Below, in pieces: positions 1 through 10,349 of a stretch of DNA of 64,000 nt (its first letter is position 1; the number at the start of each line of letters is the position of its first letter). A program made the position numbers and the translations under genes. This DNA is from an uncultured candidate division Zixibacteria bacterium (lineage in GTDB: Bacteria > Zixibacteria > MSB-5A5 > UBA10806 > 4484-95). The stretch covers positions 512,001-576,000 of the forward strand of contig CAXXKA010000001.1 of NCBI GenBank assembly GCA_963668625.2, in the 5' to 3' direction. Below the pieces are notes generated by a model that ran no database searches, was not told the DNA's origin, and was given only the letters and a program-made list of their open reading frames with translations.

Positions 1-635
1 CAATCGTTCGGGCAACCTGAGAATTTGAATTTGAACTTGTAGGGGAATGCAGGACGGTGAAGCTCATCCTGGAAAGTCATGGTAAAATCATGACAGGCGG
101 CCATCGTGTCGTAGCAAGCCCATTCACATCGCGACATACCACAGCAGCAACTGGGGGTTCTTACGTCAGAACCGGAACCACCTATGTCGAAGTCAATTTT
201 CATCAGTTCATCGAATACGGGCTCCAACTCTTCGGTTCTCGTACCCAGAAGAATGATGTCACCGGTCGAACCGTGCATGTTGGTTAAACCTGAGCCATGT
301 CTCTCCCAGATATCGCAGATTTTGCGAAGAGCATCAGTGGTGTAGTACCAGCCGGCGGGCTGATTGATACGCATCGTATGGAAATGCGAGACGCCGGGGT
401 ATTTATCGGGAAGGTCCGAATAACGGCCGATAACACCGCCGCCGTAACCCATAACACCGACAATACCACCATGTTTCCAGTGACCAATCTTCTCGTTGTA
501 GGACTGTTCCAATTGTCCCAGAAGATCGGCAGACATCGGGCTGCGTTTGGCTGCCATCTTTATCTCTTTGACAAAGCTTGGCCAACCGCCCTTTTCCAAT
601 TCATCAAGTTTTGGAGTTTTTGGGAGTTCTGCCAT
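1..635 (-). CDS. dsrA: Dissimilatory sulfite reductase alpha subunit (5' part; runs off window)
   Basis: Not in ORF track; translated by hand from ATG at 635 (GGAG RBS upstream): [22 protein letters not shown]...[21 protein letters not shown]...[11 protein letters not shown]...[16 protein letters not shown]...[14 protein letters not shown], which are DsrA signature motifs. Confidence 0.97.
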   Translation of the reverse strand, partial: MAELPKTPKLDELEKGGWPSFVKEIKMAAKRSPMSADLLGQLEQSYNEKIGHWKHGGIVGVMGYGGGVIGRYSDLPDKYPGVSHFHTMRINQPAGWYYTTDALRKICDIWERHGSGLTNMHGSTGDIILLGTRTEELEPVFDELMKIDFDIGGSGSDVRTPSCCCGMSRCEWACYDTMAACHDFTMTFQDELHRPAFPYKFKFKFSGCPND

Positions 636-814
636 TGTATCTCCTTAAATTGTTGGGTGTTTTATGTGAATTAGTTTCTTCCAACACACCGAAGTGATAC
701 TATATCCTTTTCGATTGCCCTTTTCAGGTGGGCGATTTACCAGATTTCTGCAACGTAAAAATTATAATATGCATCGTTACTTATTAACAAAATTTGCCGG
801 TTGAGTCAAGAAAA

Positions 815-832
815 ATGTGAAAAAATTCATTA
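815..832. promoter_or_regulatory. Possible Rex-like operator just upstream of a putative dsrA -35 (TTGACT, minus strand, 809-804)
   Basis: ATGTGAAAAAATTCATTA versus Rex consensus TTGTGAA-N4-TTCACAA; only a partial match. Confidence 0.4.
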
Positions 833-1702
833 ACTTTGATTGTCAGAAATGTTCAAGTCGAAACACCTGTTATCTTTTGTAACTTTCACAACCTTAAAAT
901 ACAATTAATGTTAGAGGAAGCTAATTGATTTAGAGGAATGACTTCCATGACTTTCAAAATCAACCGTGTTGACCTAAAATACATTGAATCTTTAAATGTA
1001 TAACATAGTCTACGTATGACCGAAATTGTTCTCAGATTTAATCCCGGCTGACTTTCTTGCAGAGCGCAACATGTGGTCAGGATCATCATTGTCCTTGTTC
1101 TGAAGTTTCGATTTTTGAAACTGTTTTATTTCACTGAGCAGGAAGGAATCCTCAGGCGGTGCCATAAGTAGACAGATTGCCGTACTCCTTTCAGTTGCTC
1201 GCAATGATAGCCATAATAAGTGGTTGAGAGCTAACAAATAAGCGATCCCCTCTGATTCCGCCCAATTCTATATTTGGGTAATATATAATCTTTTAGCGCA
1301 ACCTGTCCTTTCCTGCCTGCTTTATTCATCCAGTGTTTTTTCAGGAAAGGATGAACAAAGGACTCCCCGCGACTTGGGCAAACAAGCTCCTTGTCAGTAC
1401 GGCTCCCAGGACGGGATGACAAACATGATGGTTATTATCTATCGGATATATAAATCGGCGATGGCCTTATCTTGCGCGGTGGCGGGCGTCATTGTCTGCT
1501 GCGTTTACCAATTCAAATTTACTGCTAAGCGGCACACGGGGACGTTAGGCGCCCACAAAAAAATCGGGTAAATGTTGAAAAGTCAATAAGACGGGTTGCA
1601 ACGACATCAAAGACACTTAATCAACCCGAACCGGAAGATTCATGTACAAATGCTTCGATTTGGACCAACATATCTGATAAACCGGCGGCTTTTGTCATCA
1701 AT

Positions 1703-1732
1703 AAAACAGGGGCGTCCAAACGAGCGCCCCTG
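1703..1732 (-). terminator. Intrinsic terminator after qmoB
   Basis: CAGGGGCG/CGCCCCTG stem followed by a short T-tract on the minus strand. Confidence 0.65.
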
Positions 1733-1758
1733 CTGAATTATTATGCTTAAGGCTAAGC

Positions 1759-3993
1759 TTACATGTCTTTGTACGGGTTGGGGCCAACCTGTTCGATGAC
1801 CTCAAGGAAATCGTCGAATATCTGAGGAATTTTTTCGTAGTCGGAGATCGCTAATTCATGAATCTCAACACGCTCTTCCTCGAGCACCAACTGTTTTAGT
1901 TTCTCCTTGACATTATCCATCCTGTAACCGGCTAACTCACTGCCTTTAATGAAATGGCACTGGTAATCATCACCCTTACGGCAGCCAATCAGGATCACGC
2001 CGTCAAAACCACTGGCAAGCGCGTCGCCGATCCAGATAGTGTTTAGTGAACCCAGGCAGCGAAGCGGGATCATCCTGATCATGGAGTTGTATTTCATGCG
2101 AAGCCTGGCGGCCATATCCACAGCCGGTAGGGCGTCGTTTTCGCAGATGAAGCACAGGATACGCGGTTTCTCCTCGAACTCATCGGGGATGAAGATCGAT
2201 TTGATCATCTGGGAGACCATATTAACACTGTAGTTCTTGAACGAGATGATTCGCTCCGGACAGGCGCCCATACACACGCCGCATCTACGGCAGCGATTGA
2301 GATTGGGGAGAGGTGTTCCTTTTTCGTCCTCATCGAGCGTACCGAACGGGCATTCCTCGGTACAGCGTTTGCACTGGGTACAGCGTTGAAGGAAGAAGTC
2401 GGGATAGCTCAAATCGCCTGCTCTCGGATGAACGGCTTTACCAACGCCGATAGCCTCGACCGCCTGGATGGCTTTTAAAGCCGCGCCGTGGGCATCATTG
2501 ATACTCTGGGCGAAATCCATAGGCGCACGCACGCCACCGGCGGCATAGATACCGGTTCTGCGAGTCTCGTAGGGGAAACAGATGAAATGCGAATCGGGAT
2601 AACCGTATTTCAATGTCGGCAGGTCTGTTCCCTGACGGTAATTCAAGTTGAGAATTTTCGCGCCGTGCTCGGCTCCGGCAGCCTCTTTCTTGCCGTCGGA
2701 GGTGGTAGTCTCTTCTTTAGGAGCAGCTTCTTCACCCTCGACCGGTGCGGGTTCCTCGTCAACGCGGGTAGTCGGCACCATACCTGCGGCCAATACCAGC
2801 ATATCCGCTGAAACCTCGATATCCTCACCCAACAGTGTATCGGTTACGTTAATCGTGATATTACCGTTGGTCTTTGCAACACTGGCAATCTCGCCTTTGG
2901 TGAAGAAGATATTTTCTTCTTCTTGAACGTTGGCATAGAATTTCTCGAACTGTGAGGGCGAGCGCAGGTCTTTATATATGATATAGATATTCGCGTTGGG
3001 GTATTTCTCCCTGACATACAACGCCTGCTTGAGCGATACACGGCAGCAAACGGCCGAACAGTAGGGGAGATGATCCTGGTCGCGGGAACCGGCGCATTGG
3101 ATAAACGCGATATTCTCGACCGGCTTGCCATCGGAGGGGCGCTTGAGATTATCGGATTTTACCAGTTCCTCCATTTCGATATTCGTGATAATATCGGGGG
3201 AAGAGCCGTAACCGAGATGACCGAGTTTGTGCGGATCGTAGGGTTTCCAGCCGGTGGCCTGAACGATCGAACCGATCTTTACCTCGGTGGTGGAACTTTC
3301 ACCTTTGAGGATGACGGTAAATTCGCCCGGCTGACCGGAGGTTTTTTCGACCTCGGTGGATTTGTGAATCGTGATATTTTCATTACTCTCGACAGCCTTT
3401 ATGAGCTCCTCGACTCCGGAATCCTCGGGCTTATCGTAGGGCGGGTTTTTCGGGAATACTTTGCTGAATTTATTGGCCCAGCCGCCGAGCTTGTCTGATT
3501 TCTCGACAAGGACAACTTTGTAGCCGGCATCGGCAGATGCTATTGCGCTGGTCATACCGGTCATACCGCCGCCGATAACGAGAATATCCTTACTGGTCTC
3601 GATATCGAGCGCAACCGGCGGTTCGGTGGCTTTAAGCTTGGCGATACTCATCTTGATATAGTCTTCGCCCAGCATTTGGGTGTCTTCATCGTTAGGGTCA
3701 TGGCTCCAGGCGGCGTATTCGCGAAGAGGAGTGCGGTCGGTTAAAGTCTCACCGCCGAACTCGAACATCTCGGGGAAAACCCTGGGGGAACACGCGCATA
3801 CCGCTATTCGGTTGATGCCTTCACCCTCGATATCTTTCTTTATCTCATCAACACCGGCCTTGCTACAGAGAACATCGATATCCTTGATAATCGCCGCGCC
3901 TTTTTCTTTAGCCGCTTCTTTCAGTTTCTCAATATCGAGAGAACTTCCAATGTCGCATCCCTTGCAGATATAACATCCGACTTTAGCTTCCAT
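1759..3993 (-). CDS. qmoB: Quinone-interacting membrane-bound oxidoreductase subunit B (HdrA-like FAD domain + ferredoxin + MvhD-like domain)
   Basis: GGGMTG FAD motif, QCAGSRD..HLPYCSAVCC, CTQCKRCTEECPFG, C-terminal CENDALPA..RCLGS..DDYQCHF; adjacent to qmoA. Confidence 0.93.
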   Translation of the reverse strand: MEAKVGCYICKGCDIGSSLDIEKLKEAAKEKGAAIIKDIDVLCSKAGVDEIKKDIEGEGINRIAVCACSPRVFPEMFEFGGETLTDRTPLREYAAWSHDPNDEDTQMLGEDYIKMSIAKLKATEPPVALDIETSKDILVIGGGMTGMTSAIASADAGYKVVLVEKSDKLGGWANKFSKVFPKNPPYDKPEDSGVEELIKAVESNENITIHKSTEVEKTSGQPGEFTVILKGESSTTEVKIGSIVQATGWKPYDPHKLGHLGYGSSPDIITNIEMEELVKSDNLKRPSDGKPVENIAFIQCAGSRDQDHLPYCSAVCCRVSLKQALYVREKYPNANIYIIYKDLRSPSQFEKFYANVQEEENIFFTKGEIASVAKTNGNITINVTDTLLGEDIEVSADMLVLAAGMVPTTRVDEEPAPVEGEEAAPKEETTTSDGKKEAAGAEHGAKILNLNYRQGTDLPTLKYGYPDSHFICFPYETRRTGIYAAGGVRAPMDFAQSINDAHGAALKAIQAVEAIGVGKAVHPRAGDLSYPDFFLQRCTQCKRCTEECPFGTLDEDEKGTPLPNLNRCRRCGVCMGACPERIISFKNYSVNMVSQMIKSIFIPDEFEEKPRILCFICENDALPAVDMAARLRMKYNSMIRMIPLRCLGSLNTIWIGDALASGFDGVILIGCRKGDDYQCHFIKGSELAGYRMDNVKEKLKQLVLEEERVEIHELAISDYEKIPQIFDDFLEVIEQVGPNPYKDM

Positions 3994-3996
3994 TGC

Positions 3997-5271
3997 TTAC
4001 CTCCTTCTCCCGATGTTAATAGCTTTTAGTGCAGCGCCTGTGGCATCCTGTAACGAGGTGGCAACATCCACGGGGCGATTGGCTACGCCGGCGCCGACGA
4101 TACCGTTTTTGCCATTAGGGGCTATAAAGCCGAACTCATCCAGAGCGGTATCCAACGGGGGATGATCATCCGCGGTATTGGGAACCATACCGGTCGCCAG
4201 CACTGCCAGATCGACCTCGGTCTTGGTAATCTCGCCGGTTAGAGTGTTCTCGGCTTCCATTATAACGTTACCATTACCGGTTTCGGTTATCTTGGCAACT
4301 TTGCCGCGATGGAAGTGGAATTTCTCGTCCTCCTGCACCTTGGTATAGAAATCTTCCATCCTTCCGGGTGAGCGGACATCGATATAGAACATGTGAATCT
4401 CGGCCTCGGGATATTGCTCGCGAATGTAGGTGGCCTGCTTCATCGAGGCCAAACAGCAGATTGCCGAGCAATAGGGGAGATGGTTATGATCACGCGAACC
4501 CGCGCATTGCACGAATCCCACGGTTTGAACTTCCTTGTTATCGGAGGGGCGTACTATCTTCCCTTTGGTGGGGCCGTTTTCCGAGGCCAGGCGTTCCATG
4601 ATAACGTTGGTTATAACGTTCTTGCACTTGCCGTAGCCAAGATTTTCCAGCTTGTTGGCATCATAAGGTTTCCAGCCGGTAGCCCAGATTATTGCTCCGA
4701 CTTTCAGCGTGATCGTCCGTGGCTGCATGTCCAACTCGACAGCATCGTAAGGACAGGCCTCGGCACATTTTTTCATGCGCTCGTCACCGGCAAACTCCGG
4801 GTCGACAACGTAGCGAGGCGGGTAAGCCATCATGTGCGGTTGATATATAGCTTTGGTTTTATCCAGGCCATAGTTCATTTCATTGTCACGTTCGATCTCG
4901 CAAACTTTTTCGCATTCTCCGCAGAGCGTGCATTTGTCATTGACGAAACGAGGCTTTAGCGTTACTGTCACCTCAAAATCACCAGCTGATCCGCTTACTT
5001 TTTCCACCTCAGCCAATGTCAGCACCCTAACATTCGAGTTACTGCGCATGCGCTTCAGGTTGATTTCGATTCCGCAGGTCGGCGGGCAAAGTTTGGGGAA
5101 GTATTGATTCATCGAGACTACTCGTCCGCCTATGGATGGGGTTCTCTCGAGCAATACGACATTCTTGCCTACCTCGGCAGTTTCGATAGCGGCGGTAATA
5201 CCGGCGATGCCGCCGCCGACTACCAGGGTGTCGGCCTGAATTTGATTTTCAACCGGCTCGAATTCTGCCAT
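3997..5271 (-). CDS. qmoA: Quinone-interacting membrane-bound oxidoreductase subunit A (HdrA-like)
   Basis: VVGGGIAGITAA, YFPKLCPPTCGIEIN, QCAGSRDHNHLPYCS; 424 aa; directly upstream of qmoB. Confidence 0.92.
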   Translation of the reverse strand: MAEFEPVENQIQADTLVVGGGIAGITAAIETAEVGKNVVLLERTPSIGGRVVSMNQYFPKLCPPTCGIEINLKRMRSNSNVRVLTLAEVEKVSGSAGDFEVTVTLKPRFVNDKCTLCGECEKVCEIERDNEMNYGLDKTKAIYQPHMMAYPPRYVVDPEFAGDERMKKCAEACPYDAVELDMQPRTITLKVGAIIWATGWKPYDANKLENLGYGKCKNVITNVIMERLASENGPTKGKIVRPSDNKEVQTVGFVQCAGSRDHNHLPYCSAICCLASMKQATYIREQYPEAEIHMFYIDVRSPGRMEDFYTKVQEDEKFHFHRGKVAKITETGNGNVIMEAENTLTGEITKTEVDLAVLATGMVPNTADDHPPLDTALDEFGFIAPNGKNGIVGAGVANRPVDVATSLQDATGAALKAINIGRRR

Positions 5272-5341
5272 TCTACTCTCCTTAAAACTTGGAAATAAGT
5301 TTAAGATATTAATTTATTCTTTTTCCAGCCGTTTCGATTGC

Positions 5342-5359
5342 TTGTGAAAAACATAACAA
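5342..5359. promoter_or_regulatory. Rex-like operator upstream of qmoA
   Basis: TTGTGAAAAACATAACAA, 18-bp imperfect palindrome. Confidence 0.55.
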
Positions 5360-5528
5360 TCGAGAATGCACTAACAGGCTTATATACAATACTTTTTCGC
5401 CTGTTTCAATGCATAGTATGGTAGATAATACTTAGAAAATACTTTGTCAAGAAAATATAATTACACGGTCAAGTTCAAGCAGTTTATTAAGATATCCTAA
5501 CTGAAATTATGTTCAATCTCGTTTTTGA

Positions 5529-5546
5529 TTGTATCTTTTATCACAA
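5529..5546. promoter_or_regulatory. Second Rex-like operator upstream of qmoA
   Basis: TTGTATCTTTTATCACAA, 18-bp imperfect palindrome. Confidence 0.45.
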
Positions 5547-5606
5547 ATAAAACTGCGAACTAAGTATTAATGAGGTTAATTGGATTTATTAATATATGAT
5601 ATATTT

Positions 5607-5720
5607 CATTACTGTCCCGTCTGTGCTATCTCATTACTTCGCAACGCGGCTTGCCTGCCGGCATATTGCACATGTTACATGACTCAAGAAGGTCTTCAGG
5701 CCGCGCTCGGAAACCAGGGG
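5607..5720 (-). mobile_element. Decayed partial copy of the 255-bp MITE
   Basis: cattactgtcccg...cttcgcaacgcggcttgcctgccggca...tacatgactcaagaagg...ggaaaccagg aligns to the right half of the element. Confidence 0.75.
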
Positions 5721-6010
5721 AAAGACAGATTAAAGCTGGGTAGCTCGTGAATCGGAATATCAGTGTATTGGAGCAGAGTTTTAAATTCATCTGAATGGAA
5801 AGAACGACATCCTGAGGCGCACTTTAACCAGGCCGGGTACTATTGAAATAGGATAATTTCTACATTTTCGTATTTGTTTTTTCTTGATAAAAATGTATTA
5901 ATTTATTAGTATTTTACATCAATATTAATTTGCAATTCAAATAAGACTTATTTCAAAATCGGATATTAATAGTTTAAACCTTGTTGATCGCATTAGGGGA
6001 AGGAGCATTT

Positions 6011-6577
6011 ATGCGGAAAATCGTTATAGTATTTTTGATTTTAGCATTCTTCACGCCGGCTTTATATGCCCTCGATGGTTTCTCGATAGGACCATACTAC
6101 GGCTATTGTTTTCCGGTAATTAACGATTGGGCGGAACCGGGGTCGGCTTACGGGATAAACGCCAAAACATCCCTTATGCCTTTTCTGGGAGTCGGCCTGT
6201 ATTTCAATTCGCGTGCTTATGATGATGTCGAACTCGTTTATTTTGATGGCGAACCATTCGGCTGGACGGAGTATATCGATGGTGGGGATGTTACCTCCTA
6301 CGGTATTAATCTCTACCTGGGAAAAACCGGCGGAATGGGACTGAACTATTACGCGATCGGCGGTATCGGCTCGCACAAATGGAAACGCGATTATAAGGAA
6401 GAGGATTCCAAAGTCGCGTATTCGCTGGGTTTAGGATTGGAATATGTATTGCCGATGAACCTGGGTATCGAGGCACGCGGCATATTCGAGGCAGCCTCGG
6501 CCGGCAACAAGAGCATGTGGAGATCGGCTATCGCCTCGGTTGGTGTAAACTATCATTTCAAACTCGGGCCAATGTAA
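6011..6577 (+). CDS. Outer-membrane beta-barrel protein (OmpA/OmpW-like)
   Basis: Signal peptide, alternating aromatic beta-strands, terminal ASVGVNYHF; GGAG RBS before ATG 6011. Confidence 0.75.
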   Translation: MRKIVIVFLILAFFTPALYALDGFSIGPYYGYCFPVINDWAEPGSAYGINAKTSLMPFLGVGLYFNSRAYDDVELVYFDGEPFGWTEYIDGGDVTSYGINLYLGKTGGMGLNYYAIGGIGSHKWKRDYKEEDSKVAYSLGLGLEYVLPMNLGIEARGIFEAASAGNKSMWRSAIASVGVNYHFKLGPM

Positions 6578-6589
6578 AAGGAGGGTAAA

Positions 6590-7111
6590 ATGAAAAAGAT
6601 ATCGATTTATGGGATGATTACTCTCCTGGCCATAATACTTTCGGGATGCCCTGATTTTCTCGGAACACCGCTTTTGATCGAATATGAGGTTGATGAGATA
6701 GTGTCTTCCGATGAAAACCTCGGAAGTGCTTATATCAATTTGGAAGATGACGATGATTTTGCCGAGCATCAGGATGAGATAGTTGCCGTGGATCACGTGT
6801 TCATCGGCGCGGTTATAGTAAATAACTCCGGCCATGCTGTTTCCGGTGAATTGTATTATTCAGTTGAAACTATGTATTCAGCTGATGAGGTGAGAAATGG
6901 GGCTGATTTGTTATACACTTCGCCGGATATCCCTGATCAGGATACATTGAGAGTATCATTTCAACCGGATATTTCAACCGGATTTGACCACGAATTGATG
7001 GCAGGCCAATTCCGTGTGTATGGCATCGGCAATCAGGATGATTTCGATGTTGAGGTTGAGGCTGAAATAAAGATACTGTTTTACTACAATCCCAATGAAA
7101 GCGAAGAATAG
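6590..7111 (+). CDS. Acidic lipoprotein, function unknown
   Basis: Lipobox LSGC; GGAGG RBS. Confidence 0.75.
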   Translation: MKKISIYGMITLLAIILSGCPDFLGTPLLIEYEVDEIVSSDENLGSAYINLEDDDDFAEHQDEIVAVDHVFIGAVIVNNSGHAVSGELYYSVETMYSADEVRNGADLLYTSPDIPDQDTLRVSFQPDISTGFDHELMAGQFRVYGIGNQDDFDVEVEAEIKILFYYNPNESEE

Positions 7112-7142
7112 CATATTCGAGTCGTCAGAATAGAATCAATAA

Positions 7143-7397
7143 CACTAGTGTCCGGTGTTTTTCGCTAATTTTTATATTTCTCTTTGGAAGTGTTAGTGAA
7201 AAATATTTTCCGATATAATTATTATATTCAGCGTATCATGCATCCTGACATGTCCTGCTGATGTTAGGCTTAGTTTCCTGGTTTCCAAGCGCTGCTTGGA
7301 AACCTTCTTGAGTCATGTAGAATGCGCATTCTGCCGGTAAACAAGCCACGTTGAGAAGCAGCGCTTCGCAACGAGATGGAAAGGCCGGACAGTAGTG
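7143..7397 (+). mobile_element. 255-bp MITE copy 1 (subtype A)
   Basis: TIRs CACTAGTGTCCGG / CCGGACAGTAGTG; 9-bp TSD AATCAATAA on both sides. Confidence 0.95.
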
Positions 7398-7587
7398 AAT
7401 CAATAATGTTTCTTGATACATTGAAAGCCTCCGGTAAACCGTTTTTTCGAGTCGTCGGGAATCCCTTCCTGACGACTTTATTTTACCATGATCAGTCAAT
7501 AAACCGTTTGAATGTTTCGATTAGATGATATATAATATCGCCTTAACTTAGCTACGCAATTGTTATGATTGTATTGGAGCATGAGGT

Positions 7588-8331
7588 TTGAGAAAAACGA
7601 TTCTATTTTTCGCGGTTCTACTGCTTTTTTCGGGATGCAATCTGTTCGAGGTAACCAATCCCTCGAATACCTCGACAGATTATCTGGCGGACGGCCAGAG
7701 CAAATACTGGAATCAGGATTTCGAGGGAGCCGTCATTGATTTCGAGAAAGCGATCCACCTGGATGCCGAGAACGGCGAGGCTTACTGGTGGCATGCCAAA
7801 GCTAAAATCCGCACTACCGGTTTTACTCCGATAGCCCTGATAAATGTCATTACCGGGCTTGACTCCTCCGGGGCGATACTGCCTTTCACCGATTGGAACG
7901 CCGATTCTGCCAGCGTAATTTACGAGGTACTGTTCGATATCAACGATGATCTGGAGAGGTTGTTTTACAACACTGTCAATGTCGGCGAACTCGACAAGCG
8001 TAACGTCGTATTCGATTACGCCCTGTCATTGGTATTACATGCTGTCCTAATGATGCGTGATACCAATATCGATGATATTATCGACACGACCGATATCAAT
8101 CTCGGTTCCTATTTCGAACAGGGCGAATTCAACATCCCGCCCGAACAATGGCAGCAACTTCAGCAGGTGGAACGTGCCGCGCTCCTGGATCGAGTGATTT
8201 ATATCCTGGAGCGTTTCAGTGATGTCTCCGTGTATATCACGGAAGATTTCGCCGGGATTAATATGAGCAGCTTGCGTTATACGGTAGATCGGATACTCGC
8301 GGTGCTATACATCCTGAGAATGGTACCATAG
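7588..8331 (+). CDS. TPR-containing lipoprotein
   Basis: Lipobox FSGC; TPR-like segment DFEGAVIDFEKAIHLDAENGEAYWW. Confidence 0.75.
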   Translation: MRKTILFFAVLLLFSGCNLFEVTNPSNTSTDYLADGQSKYWNQDFEGAVIDFEKAIHLDAENGEAYWWHAKAKIRTTGFTPIALINVITGLDSSGAILPFTDWNADSASVIYEVLFDINDDLERLFYNTVNVGELDKRNVVFDYALSLVLHAVLMMRDTNIDDIIDTTDINLGSYFEQGEFNIPPEQWQQLQQVERAALLDRVIYILERFSDVSVYITEDFAGINMSSLRYTVDRILAVLYILRMVP

Positions 8332-9435
8332 ATGATTTATCTCGTGCGTATTATAGCAATTTTGCTGATGCTCTTTATCACCGTGTACGGAGGGGAACGC
8401 TTTCGCCCAACGGGCTTGACTCCTCATCAGGATATACGCCAGATGGGTATGGGTGGGGTGAGCGTAGCGGTAGGCGGTAATACGCATGCTTTGTTCTATA
8501 ACCCGGCGCTTCTGAGCCGCCAGACATTCAAGCTCGATATCCTGCCCATTCATGGCGCTATGGATGATGATATATTCGAGGTGATAAATTTCATCGATGA
8601 TCACGCCGATGAGTTCGAGAATTTCGGACAGCTCAGTTCGCAGGAGCAATCTGAGTTCATTCGGCAAAGCGCGAAATTCGATAACAAATGGGTGAGCCTT
8701 CTCTATACACCTTATCTTGGCCTCACGGTTAAAGGTTTCGGTCTCGGCTGGTATAATGTCATTCAGGCGGATGTCAAAGTCGATCAGGGGATATTTATCC
8801 CGGCGGTTGCCATGCGCGGTTACAGCGATAACGTGTTCAGTATTGGTTATGGCACACACACCGAGAGATTCGGGCACGAGTTCGATATCGGAGCCTCGAT
8901 CAAATTCGTCACCCGCCGCAATATCGAGACTATCAGGGTGAGCGCATTCGATACCGAGAGATTGGAGGAGGTGTTCACCACCGCCCTGGAGGAACTCGAT
9001 GATACCTCGAGCGGTCTGGCGCTGGATATCGGCGGCCTGTACGAATACCGAGTTATCGATATCGGGTTTACCGTGCAGGACTTGCTGCAATCATATGAGG
9101 AGGGTATAAAACCGGTGGTTAAAATCGGGGCGTTCACTAAATTGCCGGAGAATTCAACGCCGGTGCCAATCGAACTTGGTCTGGATATCACCGACTTGTT
9201 CAACCGCCAGGGGGTAGGCTTGGCTCAGCGAATCAATTTCGGCGCGGAACTGAATTTCCTGGCGCATATATTCAAACTCAGGGGAGGATTTCATCAGGGG
9301 TACCCGACTGTAGGTTTGGGAGTCAGACTGCTGTTTATAAAAGCCGACTACGCCTATTTTACCCGCGAGCTGGGCAACCGGCCGGGGCAGTTTGGCGAAT
9401 CAACGCATAGAGTGCAGTTGGGATTGACATGGTAG
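8332..9435 (+). CDS. Outer-membrane beta-barrel, TraF/PorV/FadL-like
   Basis: N-terminal RQMGMGGVSVAVGGNTHALFYNPALL motif, beta-strand periodicity, C-terminal W. Confidence 0.65.
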   Translation: MIYLVRIIAILLMLFITVYGGERFRPTGLTPHQDIRQMGMGGVSVAVGGNTHALFYNPALLSRQTFKLDILPIHGAMDDDIFEVINFIDDHADEFENFGQLSSQEQSEFIRQSAKFDNKWVSLLYTPYLGLTVKGFGLGWYNVIQADVKVDQGIFIPAVAMRGYSDNVFSIGYGTHTERFGHEFDIGASIKFVTRRNIETIRVSAFDTERLEEVFTTALEELDDTSSGLALDIGGLYEYRVIDIGFTVQDLLQSYEEGIKPVVKIGAFTKLPENSTPVPIELGLDITDLFNRQGVGLAQRINFGAELNFLAHIFKLRGGFHQGYPTVGLGVRLLFIKADYAYFTRELGNRPGQFGESTHRVQLGLTW

Positions 9436-9438
9436 AGA

Positions 9439-10272
9439 TTATTTGATAAGAATCATTTTCTCTGATTGATTGAAAGCGCCGGCATATATTTTATAGAAAT
9501 ATACACCGGAGGCTAATCCATCAGTTTTCCATACGACTTGATAAGAACCCGCAGGCTTAGTCAAGTTGACTAGCTCATCAACTAATTGACCAAGAATATT
9601 ATAAATTCTGATCGAAACTTCTGATTGTTCGGGAATACTGTACTTGATGATCGTTGAGGCGTTAAAAGGATTGGGATAGTTTTGATATCACTAGTGTCCG
9701 GTCTTTTCATCTCGTTGCGAAGCGCTGCTTCGCAACGTGGCTTGTTTGCCGGCAGAATGCGCATTCTACATGATTCAAGAAGGTTTCCAAGCAGCGCTTG
9801 GAAACCAGAAAACCAAGCCTAACATCGGCAGGATATGTCAGGATGAATGATACGCTGAATAAAATAATTATATCGGAAAATATTTTTCATTAACAATTCC
9901 AAGGAGAAATTTAAAATTTAACGAAAAACACCGGACACTAGTGTTTTGATATAATGAATAACTTTCGGGTATCAGCGATTGTTCATTATCTCGAGCTTCT
10001 TTTCTAAGGCGAGGATTGAAGGTAAAAGACAACATCCCATTTGAATCATCGACATTTTCGAATAATACTATTCGATTTGGTAACACTGAGATATTATAAG
10101 GATGTCTCAAATAATTGGACTCCGTTTCAGGCAATTCTACTTCATTTAATACTTTCGATAAATCCTCTGATAATTTAAAGAGGGTAGGCCCTTCAGAATC
10201 GATAGCTATTATTCCTCTCAAACATACAGTTGTATGTAAATATATTTTGATATCTATGTAATTGTGTATCAA
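9439..10272 (-). pseudogene. CTD (YPNPFN) protein interrupted by MITE copy 2; probably also 5'-truncated
   Basis: Removing 9689-9943 and one TSD restores ...ESYSLYQNYPNPFNASTIIKYSIPEQSEVSIRIYNILGQLV...SGVYFYKIYAGAFNQSEKMILIK* (stop at 9439-9441); no signal peptide visible. Confidence 0.85.
9689..9943 (-). mobile_element. 255-bp MITE copy 2 (subtype B), intragenic
   Basis: Perfect 13-bp TIRs CACTAGTGTCCGG; TSD TTTTGATAT. Confidence 0.95.
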
Positions 10273-10287
10273 GTTAAATGTTCTAAC

Positions 10288-10322
10288 AAAAAATCCTCCC
10301 GCATCGGATGACAGGGGAGGAT
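10288..10322 (-). terminator. Intrinsic terminator
   Basis: ATCCTCCC/GGGAGGAT stem plus T6 on the minus strand. Confidence 0.6.
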
Positions 10323-10349
10323 CGAATTTATCTGAATGACATGATTTGT

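Noticed and set aside
57-674. ORF-track calls 57-287, 284-487, 297-674 and 403-585
   Set aside because: Shadows of dsrA, which occupies the minus strand from 635
7236-7499. ORFs overlapping MITE copies (also 9582-9764 and 30215-30694)
   Set aside because: They are incidental frames through the element that differ between copies, with no transposase motifs
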